Under the pieces are notes generated by a model that had not been told where the DNA came from, did no database searches, and saw only the letters and a list, made by a program, of their open reading frames with translations. The translations under genes were made by a program, and so were the position numbers. Below, in pieces: positions 14,514 through 28,100 of a DNA stretch of 64,000 nt (position 1 is the stretch's first letter; every line of letters starts with the position of its first letter). This DNA comes from Proteromonas lacertae (taxonomy: Eukaryota). The DNA lies in the NCBI GenBank assembly GCA_002245135.1, contig NGBS01001162.1, positions 62,001 to 126,000 on the forward strand, written 5' to 3'.

Positions 14514-15700
14514 ATGTCATTAACTTACAAATCTTCCCAGCATTCGTCAATTTCACTGGACAATAACATACCACTTTCCAATGCTACTACAGAGGAAATA
14601 GTAGGACTTAAGTATATTTACTCATTTAGGAACAAGTTTATGCTATTCTCACAAAGAATGGTCATTTAGATAATACAAAGCTTTATATACCACTTTCTCC
14701 TCTTAGTACACATATGGCAAAGACTTTTATGCGTATTAGAATTTATATTTATTTATTTAGTCAATAACTATGAGATTAACAGAATATGTAAGGAATTTGT
14801 ATTTTTGTGGTCAAAATATCCAAAAAACAACTTCATTACAGTAGATGAGATGAAAGAAAGATATAGCAACATACAATACACATTTTTTTCCATTTTTTTT
14901 GACTCTAGTATATTTTTACTATAACTGTGTCAATAGATCCTGTATATTTCGATTATTTTTTTCAATTTTTCTGTATTTTCGTCTTTTTAACTCCCAAACA
15001 AATCATTTCACTGATTTTATCTGTACTTCAAATACGTAGCAACATTTTTATTACACAAGTATAACATATACATATAAACCAATCAAATATTTATAATTAG
15101 TCACAAATCAAAGAAGTTATTAAATATATCGGTGATATAATAACATTAGAAGAACTATCATTGTTTTATAACAATAATCAGATTCATTTGCCGGAGTATA
15201 GAATCTAATTATTGTAATTATTTAGTTGCGAAGAGAATGCGTACTGTGTGAAGAGTTTCATTAAGCTCTTATCAACCTCCTCCTCATTGCTATTAGAATT
15301 TAATAAAGTAAAAATAGTATTAACAGAAAGAGTATTTACTTCCAAAATATATAGACAAATATATCAAAGGCAGATGTTATTTTATTCAAATCCAATAAGA
15401 ATAATTGACCCACCAAAGGAGAAGTGTTGTGAATATCTATATAGAAGGTTTTTCACTGATGAGTTACCTCCTTTTCACTATGATTTTATATTACCCAATC
15501 CTGGTAAAGATTCTGTAGATAATTTAGTTTTGGCTATGAAACAGATTAAAGGATATGGTAATAGGAAGTATTCAAGTGTACATAAGACCTGTTTAAGTAG
15601 ACATAGTCTTGAAGGAGTTCTTTCTGTAGTTTCATCTCCTTCAATTACTTATAATTCATTGCGTCAAAATAGGAATAAAATCAACCCAGTTTCTAGTTAG
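14514..15700 (+). CDS. Hypothetical protein with degenerate EF-hand/calcineurin-B-like region
   Basis: ATG at 14514 and five short GT-AG introns join in frame to ORF 15248..15700. Segments LNNYEINRICKEF, NNFITVDEMKE, VYFDYFFQFFCIF, IFITQSQIKEVIKYIG follow EF-hand spacing but lack the acidic ligands. Confidence 0.65.
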
Positions 15701-16165
15701 TTTAATGTAATTGTATTTTTTTTTTGATAGATAAGTTGTTTTTATGGTTGAAATAGATTTAAGTCAAAGTATTCTTGTTTTTTGTTGAGAAAATATTATG
15801 ATATATAAGAGTGATCAGATGAAAAATCACTTTTTATTCATATATCATAAATAAACAAATTTAAATAACACTAACATATACATATATCAGGATAACGATG
15901 TTTTAGATTTTATTCATAGCATTACTTTCGGATATGGTAAATTTGGTTTTTAATAAAACTATTTTTCATGTCTTTTCAGTTTATACTACGAAAAAAACAT
16001 TCAAACAAGTTATCTATATATTTATTAAATGAAAGATGGTCACAATAAAAAAATACTTTTCAAAATTCATTTTTTAAATAAATAGGAGTTTAATAAAATT
16101 TAAGCCTCACAAGCCAAGTTTCTACGATTAAGGTTTCTCCGATCTTTCATTTTGATTTTATTAAA

Positions 16166-19100
16166 ATGAAGAGCATAGCAATCTTAATATCACTCGTACT
16201 GTGTATATTTCAATTATTTATTATTATAGGTTTCAGTTTTACTCTTTGTAGTAGCGTTAATGTTGAATGTTCAAAGAGTGAAATTGAAGTCAACGTACGT
16301 GAAGGCACACGCTTAGTTATTTCATGCAGTAGTAAAATTACAGTGACTGTAGGCGATCAAGCTTTATGTACAGACTCAGATTCTTGTTCTATAAGTGTTA
16401 ACTATCCAGCAGGTACGTACAAAGGAAATTATGCTTATAACGCAGGTGAGAGTTATGGAATTACCGTTACAGTAGAACCAGCGTTAGAGTGTGAGGGATA
16501 TGGTTATGAAAGCTTCACTTTCCCTTTAAATAGATATTATTATATTCTTCCACCAAAATGTTCATCATCTAGTGAATATTTATCTGTGAATTTAGAAGAT
16601 GGTTCTGTAATTCCTGATGGTTTGAATCTAGACAGTGATGGTAGAATATATGGTAGTGCCACTAAAGCTCAAGATGCAACTAGCATTACTGTTGTTGTTA
16701 GCCGTGAAAAAGCCAATGTAAGTATTACTATTTCACTGATAGTCAAAGAAATACCAACTGAATATGGTATGTTAGGTCAAACAACAGAAAATATAATGAC
16801 TGCGAATAATACAGTATCAGAATTTAAAAATTTATACAAAAACATAATGATTTGGAGTAAGATTGGTACATTTAACACAATTTATAAAAAGTCGGATGGT
16901 TACTGTAATAATAAAGATGATTGTAAAGTAAATATTGCTGGTGTAGATGAAATTAGTCACAATAGATATACAATATGGACTAGTCTTGTCAAATTTGATA
17001 CTGAAATAAAAGGGTTTTATTTACCATTAGATTCTTCAATCAAAGCTTATTGTGCTATGATTATCAATGACAATATCGATGATATAATATTACCCAGTAG
17101 TCAAGGTGTATATACATTTGAAAAAGAAATATTACATACTGAAGAATATATTCATCTTTCTTTTATTATTTATAGTAGTTCAATAAAACAACAATTAAGT
17201 GTTTTTTATTCTAATGATGGAAAGAAATTTATACCAATTCAAGAGAATTATCAAATCTATCCAAATCCTGTTCAATATATCGGTTATCCAAATAATAATG
17301 TAATAATATATAAAACAATTCCAAAGACAATAACACCAATGGTTAATGGTGAATATAATACAAATGGTTGGGAAAGTACTTTACCTGATTTCTTAAAAAT
17401 AAATAATTATGGTGAAATTATTTATGATGGCAATGGTGAAGTAATATTCCCAGATACTCAACAATTTTATACTATCAAACCAAAAGGTAATGCAATTGAT
17501 TATAATTTGTTGGTTGATTTTAAAGATTTAAAAATTGAAAATATGGGTAAAGGTTTAGTTGGTACGTATTATAAAGGAAGTGTTGATTGTAAATATAATA
17601 CATTATCACCATCAGCAGCTTTGAAATACAGAAAATATGATGATATGTCTTCTGTTTTTCATAATACTGAATCAAATGATGTGTGGAATGGATTAACATT
17701 TGAGTTTTATAATAATTATTATGTGAAATGGACTGGCTATATAAATGTTCCAACAACTGGAACATATGAGATAAGAATAACAGCAAATGATGGTGGAAGT
17801 ATAAAAATCGAAGATAATGAATTAATAACAGAAACATGTGGTGTAAGTAGTAAATCAAAAGATTTCATACTGAAGGAAGGATTACATCCAATTACATTAG
17901 AGTATTGGAAAAGTAATAAAGATTACAAGAAAATATTGAATGTTGAATGGAAGTGTAGATCATGTGAAGATGTTGAATTTATTCAAATTCCTTCTGATAA
18001 TTTCTATTATTTATATCCATCAAAATTCTATTATCAAAATGAGATAGCTTCTTATGATGCTATCAAAGGAGTATTTAATAAAGGATTATTCTCTCTAACA
18101 ACAGAAGAAAGTAAAAATTACAATAGTTTTAGTATTTATCAAAACGATGGAGAAGTGATACTCTCTAAACCTGATATTAGTCTGGATATGGTAAATGATT
18201 CACCATGGGAACAATTTCTTATAAAAGCTAAATCTATTAATCCAGAAATACATCCAACACTCTTTACTAAACTCATGATTGAAATTAAAGAAAATATTGA
18301 ACCAAAAGATTTTAGTTATAATGAAGATGTAATAAACAAAAATATTGGTGATGAAATAGATTTAAAGGCTAGTTTAGCAGCTGGATCTGATGGAGCAATG
18401 TACATAGTTCAATCGATGAATTTACCTATTGGTTTGACTCTTGATTTAGAAAATGGAAATATAAAAGGAAGATTATTAGAAATAATGAGTGAAAGAAAAG
18501 TTACTATTAGAGTTACTAATCCATTAGGATATTTAGAGGTGACGTTAACATTTACAGTTACAGGATGTAAAGAAAATCAAATTTTCTTTTATATCAAATT
18601 TACACCAACTGATACACATTTACAACTAAAAATCAAATCTGCTAAAGAAGGAGGTGAAGTGATATATGAAAATAATCAAGATCAAGAAGTGAATAAAGAA
18701 TACTTCCATTCATTTTGCCATGATTATAATTCCTTAATAGTAGACATGAAATATTCAGGTCATTTACATGGAGATTATGGTATTTATGGTGAAAATAATG
18801 TATTATACCATTATGGTTATTATGATGGATTAGAATATAAAGAATCAATCAATCAATTTGATATTGTTAAAGATGCTGATCCAGCTATTCAATATCCTGA
18901 TTTGAGTAAATATGAATTTGTAGTTGGAAAACCAATAATTATAGTTCCAATCAAATATAATTCAATTACTGCAATTCGAAATAACAATAACACATTATTA
19001 CCTGATGGATTAACAATTGATATGAAAAACGGAGTAATAAGTGGAAAGCCTAGTATTACTTTAACAAATAGATTATATCAAATAAAGCCAGAGAATGGTG

Positions 19101-22100
19101 AAAAAGATGGTTCGATAGTATCATTAACATTCACAATTAACAAAAAATGTTCTTTAGGAGAATTATACACAGTATTTATTCATAGTGCAGATAGTAAAGG
19201 AGATATAATGACATTAAAACTTCAAGATTCATCCAATGTCTTATATGATATGAAAGGATTTCCAAATAATTATGAATATGAATGGGGATTTTGTTATGAT
19301 AAAGAAGTACTAATAATTAATTATGGTGGATCTTCAATATGGGATGATGAATCAGAGATTATATTAACGAATATAGAAAAGAATGATAAAAGAGTATACA
19401 AATATAGTATAGCAGTCGAAGAAGGAATGAAAAGTGATGTAATATCTTCTTATAAGCTTGTATTAGATGAATCAACAATTTGGCAAAAGAGTGTAGTCTA
19501 TGATAAGAATTGGTTATATAATATGAAACTTGATGAAAATTGGTCTGAGGTAAATATAAATGATACAAAGAATGCAATTGATGGAAAACCCACTACTACA
19601 TATTACAGAACTTCATTTAAAAATGTTTCACCTTCAACAATACAATATTTAGTAGGCAGAATAACTATTTATCATGGTGGTGCATTTTATTTAAATGGTA
19701 ATTTAGTATATAAAATCAATTTACCAGATGATTTTACTCAGGAAACACTATCTGAAGGAGTAAATACTGCATCTACTTTTTATATTCCAGCCTTTCTTCA
19801 AATTGCTAATAGTGAGAATATATTCGGATTTGAATTTCATAAAAGTAATATTCCTTTAGCTTTATCTTCTACATTAACACTTCAACCATTTAGTGATAAT
19901 AGTGAAACATGTACTAATCAAAATTTAAATAATTACAGAATAAATTATAAACAACAAAATAATATAAAATTGAATGATTTGATAGATGGTGATTTGACAA
20001 CTTCTTTGAAATTTGAATCGGATAATATAATTACTGTTACTAATCCAGTTTCAATAATACTGAAAGCAGCAGTTGAAGCTCATTCGTTTTTATCATATAC
20101 ATTATCCACCAAAAAATATATAAGTGGTAATTGTAATAGTTTAATTCCCAAGAAATGGAAAGTATATGGTTCAGTAACACAAGAGAGTAAATGGATTGAA
20201 TTAGATGAAGTAGATCAAATGATGGAAAGTGGTAAAACATATTATTTCAATATCAAAACCAAAACTTCCTTAGTATTTGAAGCAATAAAATTAGTAATAA
20301 CTGAAACATTAGAGAAATCAAGTGATGAGGATAATTCTTGTGGATTTGGTGTAGAATTAAGTGAAATAAATGGAAGATATTGTAGATTAAATCAGTGTAG
20401 TACTGGATCATATCCTCCCAGTAATATTGGTTCATTCCATCAATATCCTTGTCCAAATGGTGATGGAAGTGATTCAGTGATAGTAAGATGTAATTTAGAT
20501 GGTTCGTGGGATGATGAAGATGATTCTCAATGTCCAAAAGCTTCATCAATAAGATATCCACAATCTGAATATACATTTACAGTTGGTTTAGCAATTACTC
20601 CAATTAAACCAGAAATCAATGGTGAGTTTATTAATTTAGAATTTGAACCATTATTACCAACTGGTATAAAATTCAATCCATCGAATGGTGAGATAAGTGG
20701 AACTCCAATATATGCCTTAGAAGATGGTGAAACATACACAATTCGATTAGTAACATCAGATAATTCAGGAATTCAACCAAGTACTCAAATAACAATAAAA
20801 ATAACAACAACGAATTGTGAAGGTGAAGGATTAATTCCCAAATCTCCAGTTGGTACAATATATAGAGATTATTGTGAAAATGATTTTAGTGGATATAGAA
20901 TCAAAACATGTGAAATGAAAGATAATAAACCACAGTGGAGTTCATGGAATGAAAATAATTGTGTAGAAAAAGTTAGACCTAAATGTAATATTGAAAAAGA
21001 ATACATTTATAAAATAAAAGAATCAGTGAGTATTGATTTTGGGTGTAATCCAGCAGTTAGTGAAGCAACAATTAGTCCTTCATTACCATTAGGTTTGAAA
21101 TTGAGTAATGACGGTAAACTAACAGGAGATGCTGAAACAGCTCAAAATGCTGAATATTCAATTACATTCAAAACAGCTGATGGAGGATTTGATACAATTT
21201 CATTTAATATGAGAGTATGGGATGTATTAAAAAGATGTTATTATCCTTTCACAGATAATAAAATGAAATTTGTGTTGAATGAAAAGGTTGAAATATTACC
21301 ACCTAAATGTAATACTGAAGTAGGAAGTTATGAAGTTAGTGGTTTACCAACTGGAATTAGTTACAATGCTGAAAGTGGTTTAATATATGGCAAACCTACA
21401 ACAAAAACAAGTGGAACAATTACAACGAAAGCAAAGAACGGAAATTCAGAAACAGCAGACGCAATAATAAAATATGAAATAGTAGAAGTGAATGTAGATG
21501 TTTATGATAATCAGTTAATTGGTTTATATAGTAAATCTGATTATATAAGTGATATACCCAATACATTTGAACCTTTTTGGAGTTTGTTTGAAAATACTGA
21601 GAAAAGCAATACATTTAGTTTTGAAGAAGGATTTTCACCAGAAAATGTGTTTAGTGATTTAAACCTTGATTCATCGAAACAAACATTCCAACCAAATATC
21701 GTAAGAAGTAACAATTATTTCATAAAATGGTATGGCTTTATAAAATTCCGACAAAGTGGTTCATATTATTTCAAGATTGAAAGTGAAGAAAGAGTTTGGT
21801 TATTTATTAATGATATGAAGAATCCAGTAGTATCAACAACATCAAATTCAGTAGAATCTAATGTTTATGTTTCTAAAGCAACTGTTGAAATAGGTAATTT
21901 ATTCTATCCAATAGGTGTAATGTATTATCATGGAAAAGATAAAAACTTCCATTTAAAAATCAGTTATTCTTTTGATAAAACAACATATTTTCCAATTGAA
22001 GATTCAATGTTATATCATGTAGCAAAACCATTGCAATCATTGAAATATCCTCAAACTCATTATTTATTCAGACAATCAGAGAATTCAATCGAAGAGATAA

Positions 22101-25100
22101 AACCAACAATTGATTCAACCATAGTTTCAGCTACAATTAGTCCATCATTTACAAATGGATTAGAATTTGATGCAAAAACAGGAGTTATAAGTGGAAGTCC
22201 TAGTATTGGATCAATTTCATCTGATTTGTCAAAATATGTTATAACAATTGAAAGTAAATTGAATTCAATCAATGTTGATGTTTATATAGATGTATTAGAA
22301 GATAAAATCGAGAATTATGAAAAAGGAGTAAATGTAAAATATTATTTGACAAGTAATAGTAAATGTGATACAATTCCATCTGTTGGTTCACCAACAATAG
22401 AAAGAATTGAATCAAAAATATCTCATTCTGTTGATATTGATTGGTATGATACAGGTAATAGTTACTTAACAAATTTCTTAGTGGAATTTGAAGGTTCAAT
22501 AAATGTAGATGTTGTAAAGGAAGGAGGAAATACATTTACACTAGAAAGTTATGATTCTGCTATAGTCACAATTGATGATAATGATATAATAAAATCTTTA
22601 AAATGTGGAGAGAATAGTGATAAAATCGAAAAATATGAATTATCAGCAGGAATTCATAAGATTCAAGTGAAATATTGGAAATCTTCTAGTGATATATTTA
22701 GAAAGATAATTTTAAAAATGAATGGAGAAGAAGTTCAAATATATAATTTCCTTGGTAGTTATATGAAATATACGGTAAGAAAATCAGAATATATATCTGG
22801 TAAAGAAATTACGAAATTTGGCCCATTATTCTTGAATAGTGGAACAAAGAATCAATTCACATCATTCTCAATTAATCCACCCTTTACTTATAGTGGAATA
22901 AGTGGTCTTTTATTCAGTAGTGAAACAGGTGAAATATCAGGAATTCCAGTAGTAACAACAAGTGGAATGAGTAAAGAGTTTGTAATAACAGCAACAGATG
23001 TGAGTGATAGTAGTAAACAAGAGAATAGTATAAGTGATTCAATAAGAATAACAATCAATATAGTATTAGCGCCATCTGAATTAAGATATGATAATATAAA
23101 TGCAGGAGTAGGTGAAAAGATATCTGTATTACCTAAATCTATTATAAATGGTAATGGAGTAAGATATTCAATAACAAGTGATATGAAATTGCCAGAAGGA
23201 TTAGAATTAAATCCTTTGAATGGAGAAATAAGTGGATCAACAAGTGCATCATTTAGTGGAACAATTGAAATAACAGCAACAAATGATGCTGGTTCAACTA
23301 AAGCGAATGTGATAATAAAAATAGAAGGATGTAATATATTGACTCAGACTAATATTGTAGTTAGAATATTTATCAACAGTGGATCTGACATTCAATTCAA
23401 ATTTGGAGTAACTCCAATTGATCCAATATTTAGTCAAGATGGATTTAATTTAAAAACATTATATGAATTTAAGAATTGTGTAGTATATGGAAAGAAGACA
23501 TTCACTATGACAGGAACTAATATTTATGGTTGGTATGAAATCTATAATGAAAATGATTTATTGAAATATGAAGAAATAGAAGGTAGTTCTAATGTTGAAT
23601 CTGTAGTAGAAACAAATGATTCTGGAATTCCAAGTATTTCTTATGAAAATACTGAAATAACTCAGTTCAATTCATTCAAATTTAAGCCTACAATTATTAA
23701 TGGTATAAAAATAGTAGAAATAAAGAATTTACCAAAAGAAATCAATTTAAATGAAACAAACGGTATAATAAGTGGTACAATGAATGAAATAATGAAAGAA
23801 TTTTTGTTTGATTTTGTTATTACAAATTCAAAGAATTTTGTAACTAATGGAATTATTCAATTTACATTTATTCCAGTTGATACAAATAGAAATACAATAG
23901 TAAAAGCAATAATTACAACCAAGTCAAATGGAAATGATATGATTATCAAAATATTAAAGAAAAGTGATGAAAGAGTAGTAATAGAATGGAGTAATTTAGG
24001 AGATAATAATGAAATCACAAAAACCAAATCAATACAACAAGATTTATATATATTAGAATTATCATCTACAACAATGTCTGCTTGGAGTGAAGGATCATCA
24101 GTTACAATCGAAATGGATGGAACAACAGTAGTAAATAATGCATATTTTGAAGGATCAACAACAAAAACTATTCCTCTTTCAAGTGATTCTAGTAGTTTTA
24201 TAAATAGTTACACAAAATGGGAATATAAATCCGATAATAGTAAACCACCAGCTGATTGGTATAAATCTGATAATACAAATTGGAATAAATATTCATCAGG
24301 TAATTTCCCTAAAAGAACATATATTACTAGTTATTATAAAACATCATTTTATTATTATGATAATTCAGTAGTATTTTTATATGGAGATATGAAAGTCGAT
24401 TTTGATGATGGAATAATCATTTATGTAAATGGAAATGAAATTTACAGAAAGAATATTATAAAAAAAGGAGTAACTAAAGATACAAAAGCATATTATCAAT
24501 TTAAGAAAGTTATAAGTTATTCAATTATAATTAATCCAAACTTAATATTAAATGGAAATAACATAATAGCAGTAGAATTACATAATAAAGATGATTCAGA
24601 GAAAGAAAATAAATTCAAATTAGAATTAAGTGCTACATCAGGTAAAGCCAATACAATCACTCAAATTACTCCAATCGAAAAAGGAAGAACAACAGAAATG
24701 AGATATGATTTTGATAAGAGTAAAATTAATTATCCAGATCAATTTGTTAATTGTAAAGATGATTATTTACTTCAATCATTAATTAATTCACATGATGATT
24801 CAACATGGGATTATAATAATCCAATACCAATGGCGAAATGTGAAGGAGACAAAGTAAAAACAAAAGGTTATTATTTCACTCATAAGCTATTCACTGATAA
24901 AGCTTATCCTTATAAAATTTCTTACATTTTTAAAGAATTTACAGCTAATGCTTTTGATTTAATGTATTATCATCCGTTTTCAAACGATAATAAATATGCT
25001 GCTGCTATATTTGACATATATGGATCAACTGATTATAATGATGATGATAAAACTCATAATAATGATAATTGGGAATTACTTTTTTCATATAACAACAAAG

Positions 25101-28100
25101 CAATTGATGCAAGTAAAGGAAAAACTTATTTTTTTACTTTTTCAAGTTTAAAATCATTTGAAGCATATCAAATTTCTGTCAAAGATGTCAAAGATGTCAA
25201 AGTAAATGGTAAAGGCTGGGTTCAATATGATGAATTGCATATGAGATTAAATGCTCAAAAATCTTGTGTTGCTGATGATAATCATGAAGATTATCCTAAA
25301 ACAGTTGCAGGAGATACAGTTGAATTTTTATGTCCAGATTCGAAACAATTAGGATCAATCAAAATTACATGTAAATCTGATGGTACATGGGATGATAATA
25401 CTGAAGTAAATACTTGCTTTGATACACCATCTGATAAAATATATTATAGTAAAGATAATATTATCAATTTTTATGTTGATTTTACATCATCAGTATCTCC
25501 ATCTTCTCCAATTAGTGGAATATTTTCAAAGGACTGTAGTTTACCAAGTGGTTTAAGTTTTAGTGAAAGTAATGGTATAATATATGGCAAACCAACCTCA
25601 ATAGAAGGAGAGAAGTTCACAGTAAAATGTAATATAAAAGTATCAGATCAATATCCATCAGAAGTGACAATAAATGTAATTCAATTGTATTGTGAGAGTA
25701 TAGGTGAATATGAAAAAACGAAAGCAGGAAGTAAAAATAATAAAGGATGTGGCGAATTATATAATGGTGAGAAATATAGATTTTGTCCATTACAATTATC
25801 TCCAAAATTTGAAGATGAAGTAAATGCATGTGATCCATTCCCTCCATTATTATCATATTCACAATCAGAGTATTACTTAGTAAAGAATGATATAGTTGAT
25901 ATAAAACCAATAACTGGAGGATTGATAAAAGAATGGACTATAGTTGATGAGACTGAATTGCCAAATGGAATTAAATTCGAAAATGGTGCATTTGCTGGAA
26001 CAGCAACTGAAGCAAAAGCGTTAACTAGATTTAGTATAACAGCTAAAAATGAAAAATATGAAAATACAACTCATATCTCAATTTTAGTTTTAAATGGAAT
26101 TCCAAAAACAATGACAATACCTGAAGAAAATGCAGTTTATACAAATGTAGAAATAAAGCCAATAAAAGCAATATTAGATGATGAAAGTAATGGATTTTTA
26201 GAATGTAAAAGTGATCCAGAATTACCAAGTGGATTGATTATAAATCCAATTAATTGTGGTATAACTGGTAAAATAACAGATAATTACTTAATAGGTGAAA
26301 AGAGTTATACTCTTACTGGTTCAATAAAAGAAAACAAAGTCTCCAGTAATTCTTTTAAAATTAAAGTATTAAAAGGAGAATGTGTAAAAGAAGAAGAAGG
26401 CAAAGATCCAATTCATATTGATGTAGGCAAAGAATTACAAGAGAAGAGATGTAGTGAAGAGCAAAAAGGATATAAAGCATTTGAATGTTTAGCTGATAAT
26501 CCACCTAAATTCAGTGAAGAAATTGATAAATGTGTTTATTTATATCCTTCTTCATTCTCGTATAATAAAGATAAAATTGATACAACAATGTATAATTATA
26601 TTGAATTAAAACCAGTGTTAGGAGGTTCAAGTGAAGGTTTAACAACATCAACTGTGTATAAGTTAAAGGAAGGAAGTTTACAATTACCAAAAGATTTACA
26701 TTTTGATACAAACACTGGAATTATAAATGGTACATTAAATGAATATATAGAAAGTGAAAGAATAATAACAATCGAAGTAGAAAATGAAATAAAACGAGAA
26801 ACTAGTATTAGTTTCATAATAGACTATGCATATTGTCCAGCAATAGAAGATGTAGTAGAGAAGACAAAAGTAAATTCTGAACCAAAGGAAGTTGCTTGTC
26901 CTTATCCTCAAACTGGTAATACAATATATACATGTAAAAAAGAGAATGAATGGACAATCGATAAATCAGGATGTATTGATCCAGAAGTAGGTACAGTCAC
27001 CTATTCATCTTCAGATTTGCTATTTAATGTTGGTTTTTCTGATGCATTTAAACCAACGATAGATGGATTTATAACTGATATAAAGATAGAAGATACACTT
27101 CCAAATGGCATTTCATTTAATGAAACTGATGGTTCTATATATGGAACACCAACAGATGCTATAGAAAAACAAAAAATTAATATTTATACATATTATAAAA
27201 CAGCCAATAAAACAACATCAATAACCATAACAGTTACTCAATTATATTGTGAAGAAGATGGTGATTGGCCAAAAACTAAGACAGGATCATCAGCTGAAAA
27301 AGAATGTCCAAGTGATAAAAGTTATGGGCAAAATTACAGAAGATGTCCATTAACAAGACCACATCCCAAATTCGATGATGAAATAAATACTTGTCATGTT
27401 GCTTATCCAGAATCGATAGAATATAATGGAAATAATGTAATATCTGCTACTTATGATAAAGATGTTAATCAACAAGTGAAAGTGAATGGGGTTTATCCTG
27501 TTGATATAACCTTCTCGTTAGGTGAAGGTACAAAACTACCAAATGATTTGAAGTTGAATTTAGTTGATGGTTCAATAACTGGAAAATTATCAACAAAACT
27601 TGAACCTGGAACTGATAATACTAAATTGTATAAAATATGTTGTAACGGTGATGTATCAGTTTGTGTTGATGTTAAATTTGATGTTAGATATGACAATTGT
27701 CCTAAAGATGATAATTATGAATCTACTAAACCAGGTGAAATAGCTGAAATTGATTGTACAAATGGAAGACCAAATAAAGAAAGTCGAAAGTGTAATAAAT
27801 ATGGTGAATGGGAAAAGGCTGACACTTCCAAATGTCTTTATCCTGCTCCAGAAATAAGTTATGCGAAGAGTGAAATAAAAGTATATATAAATGAAGAGAT
27901 TGAAACAAATAAAGTTAGTGTAGTTGGTGAAGGAATTACAGGTTTTGTAATAAGTCCCAAAGATAAACTGAATGGATTAGTATTTAATGAAGAGACAGGT
28001 GTATTAAGTGGAAAACCTACTTTACCTATTGATGAAACATTTACAATATATTGTGAAAATGAAGGTGGAAAATCAAATGAATTTACAATAAAGATAAAAG

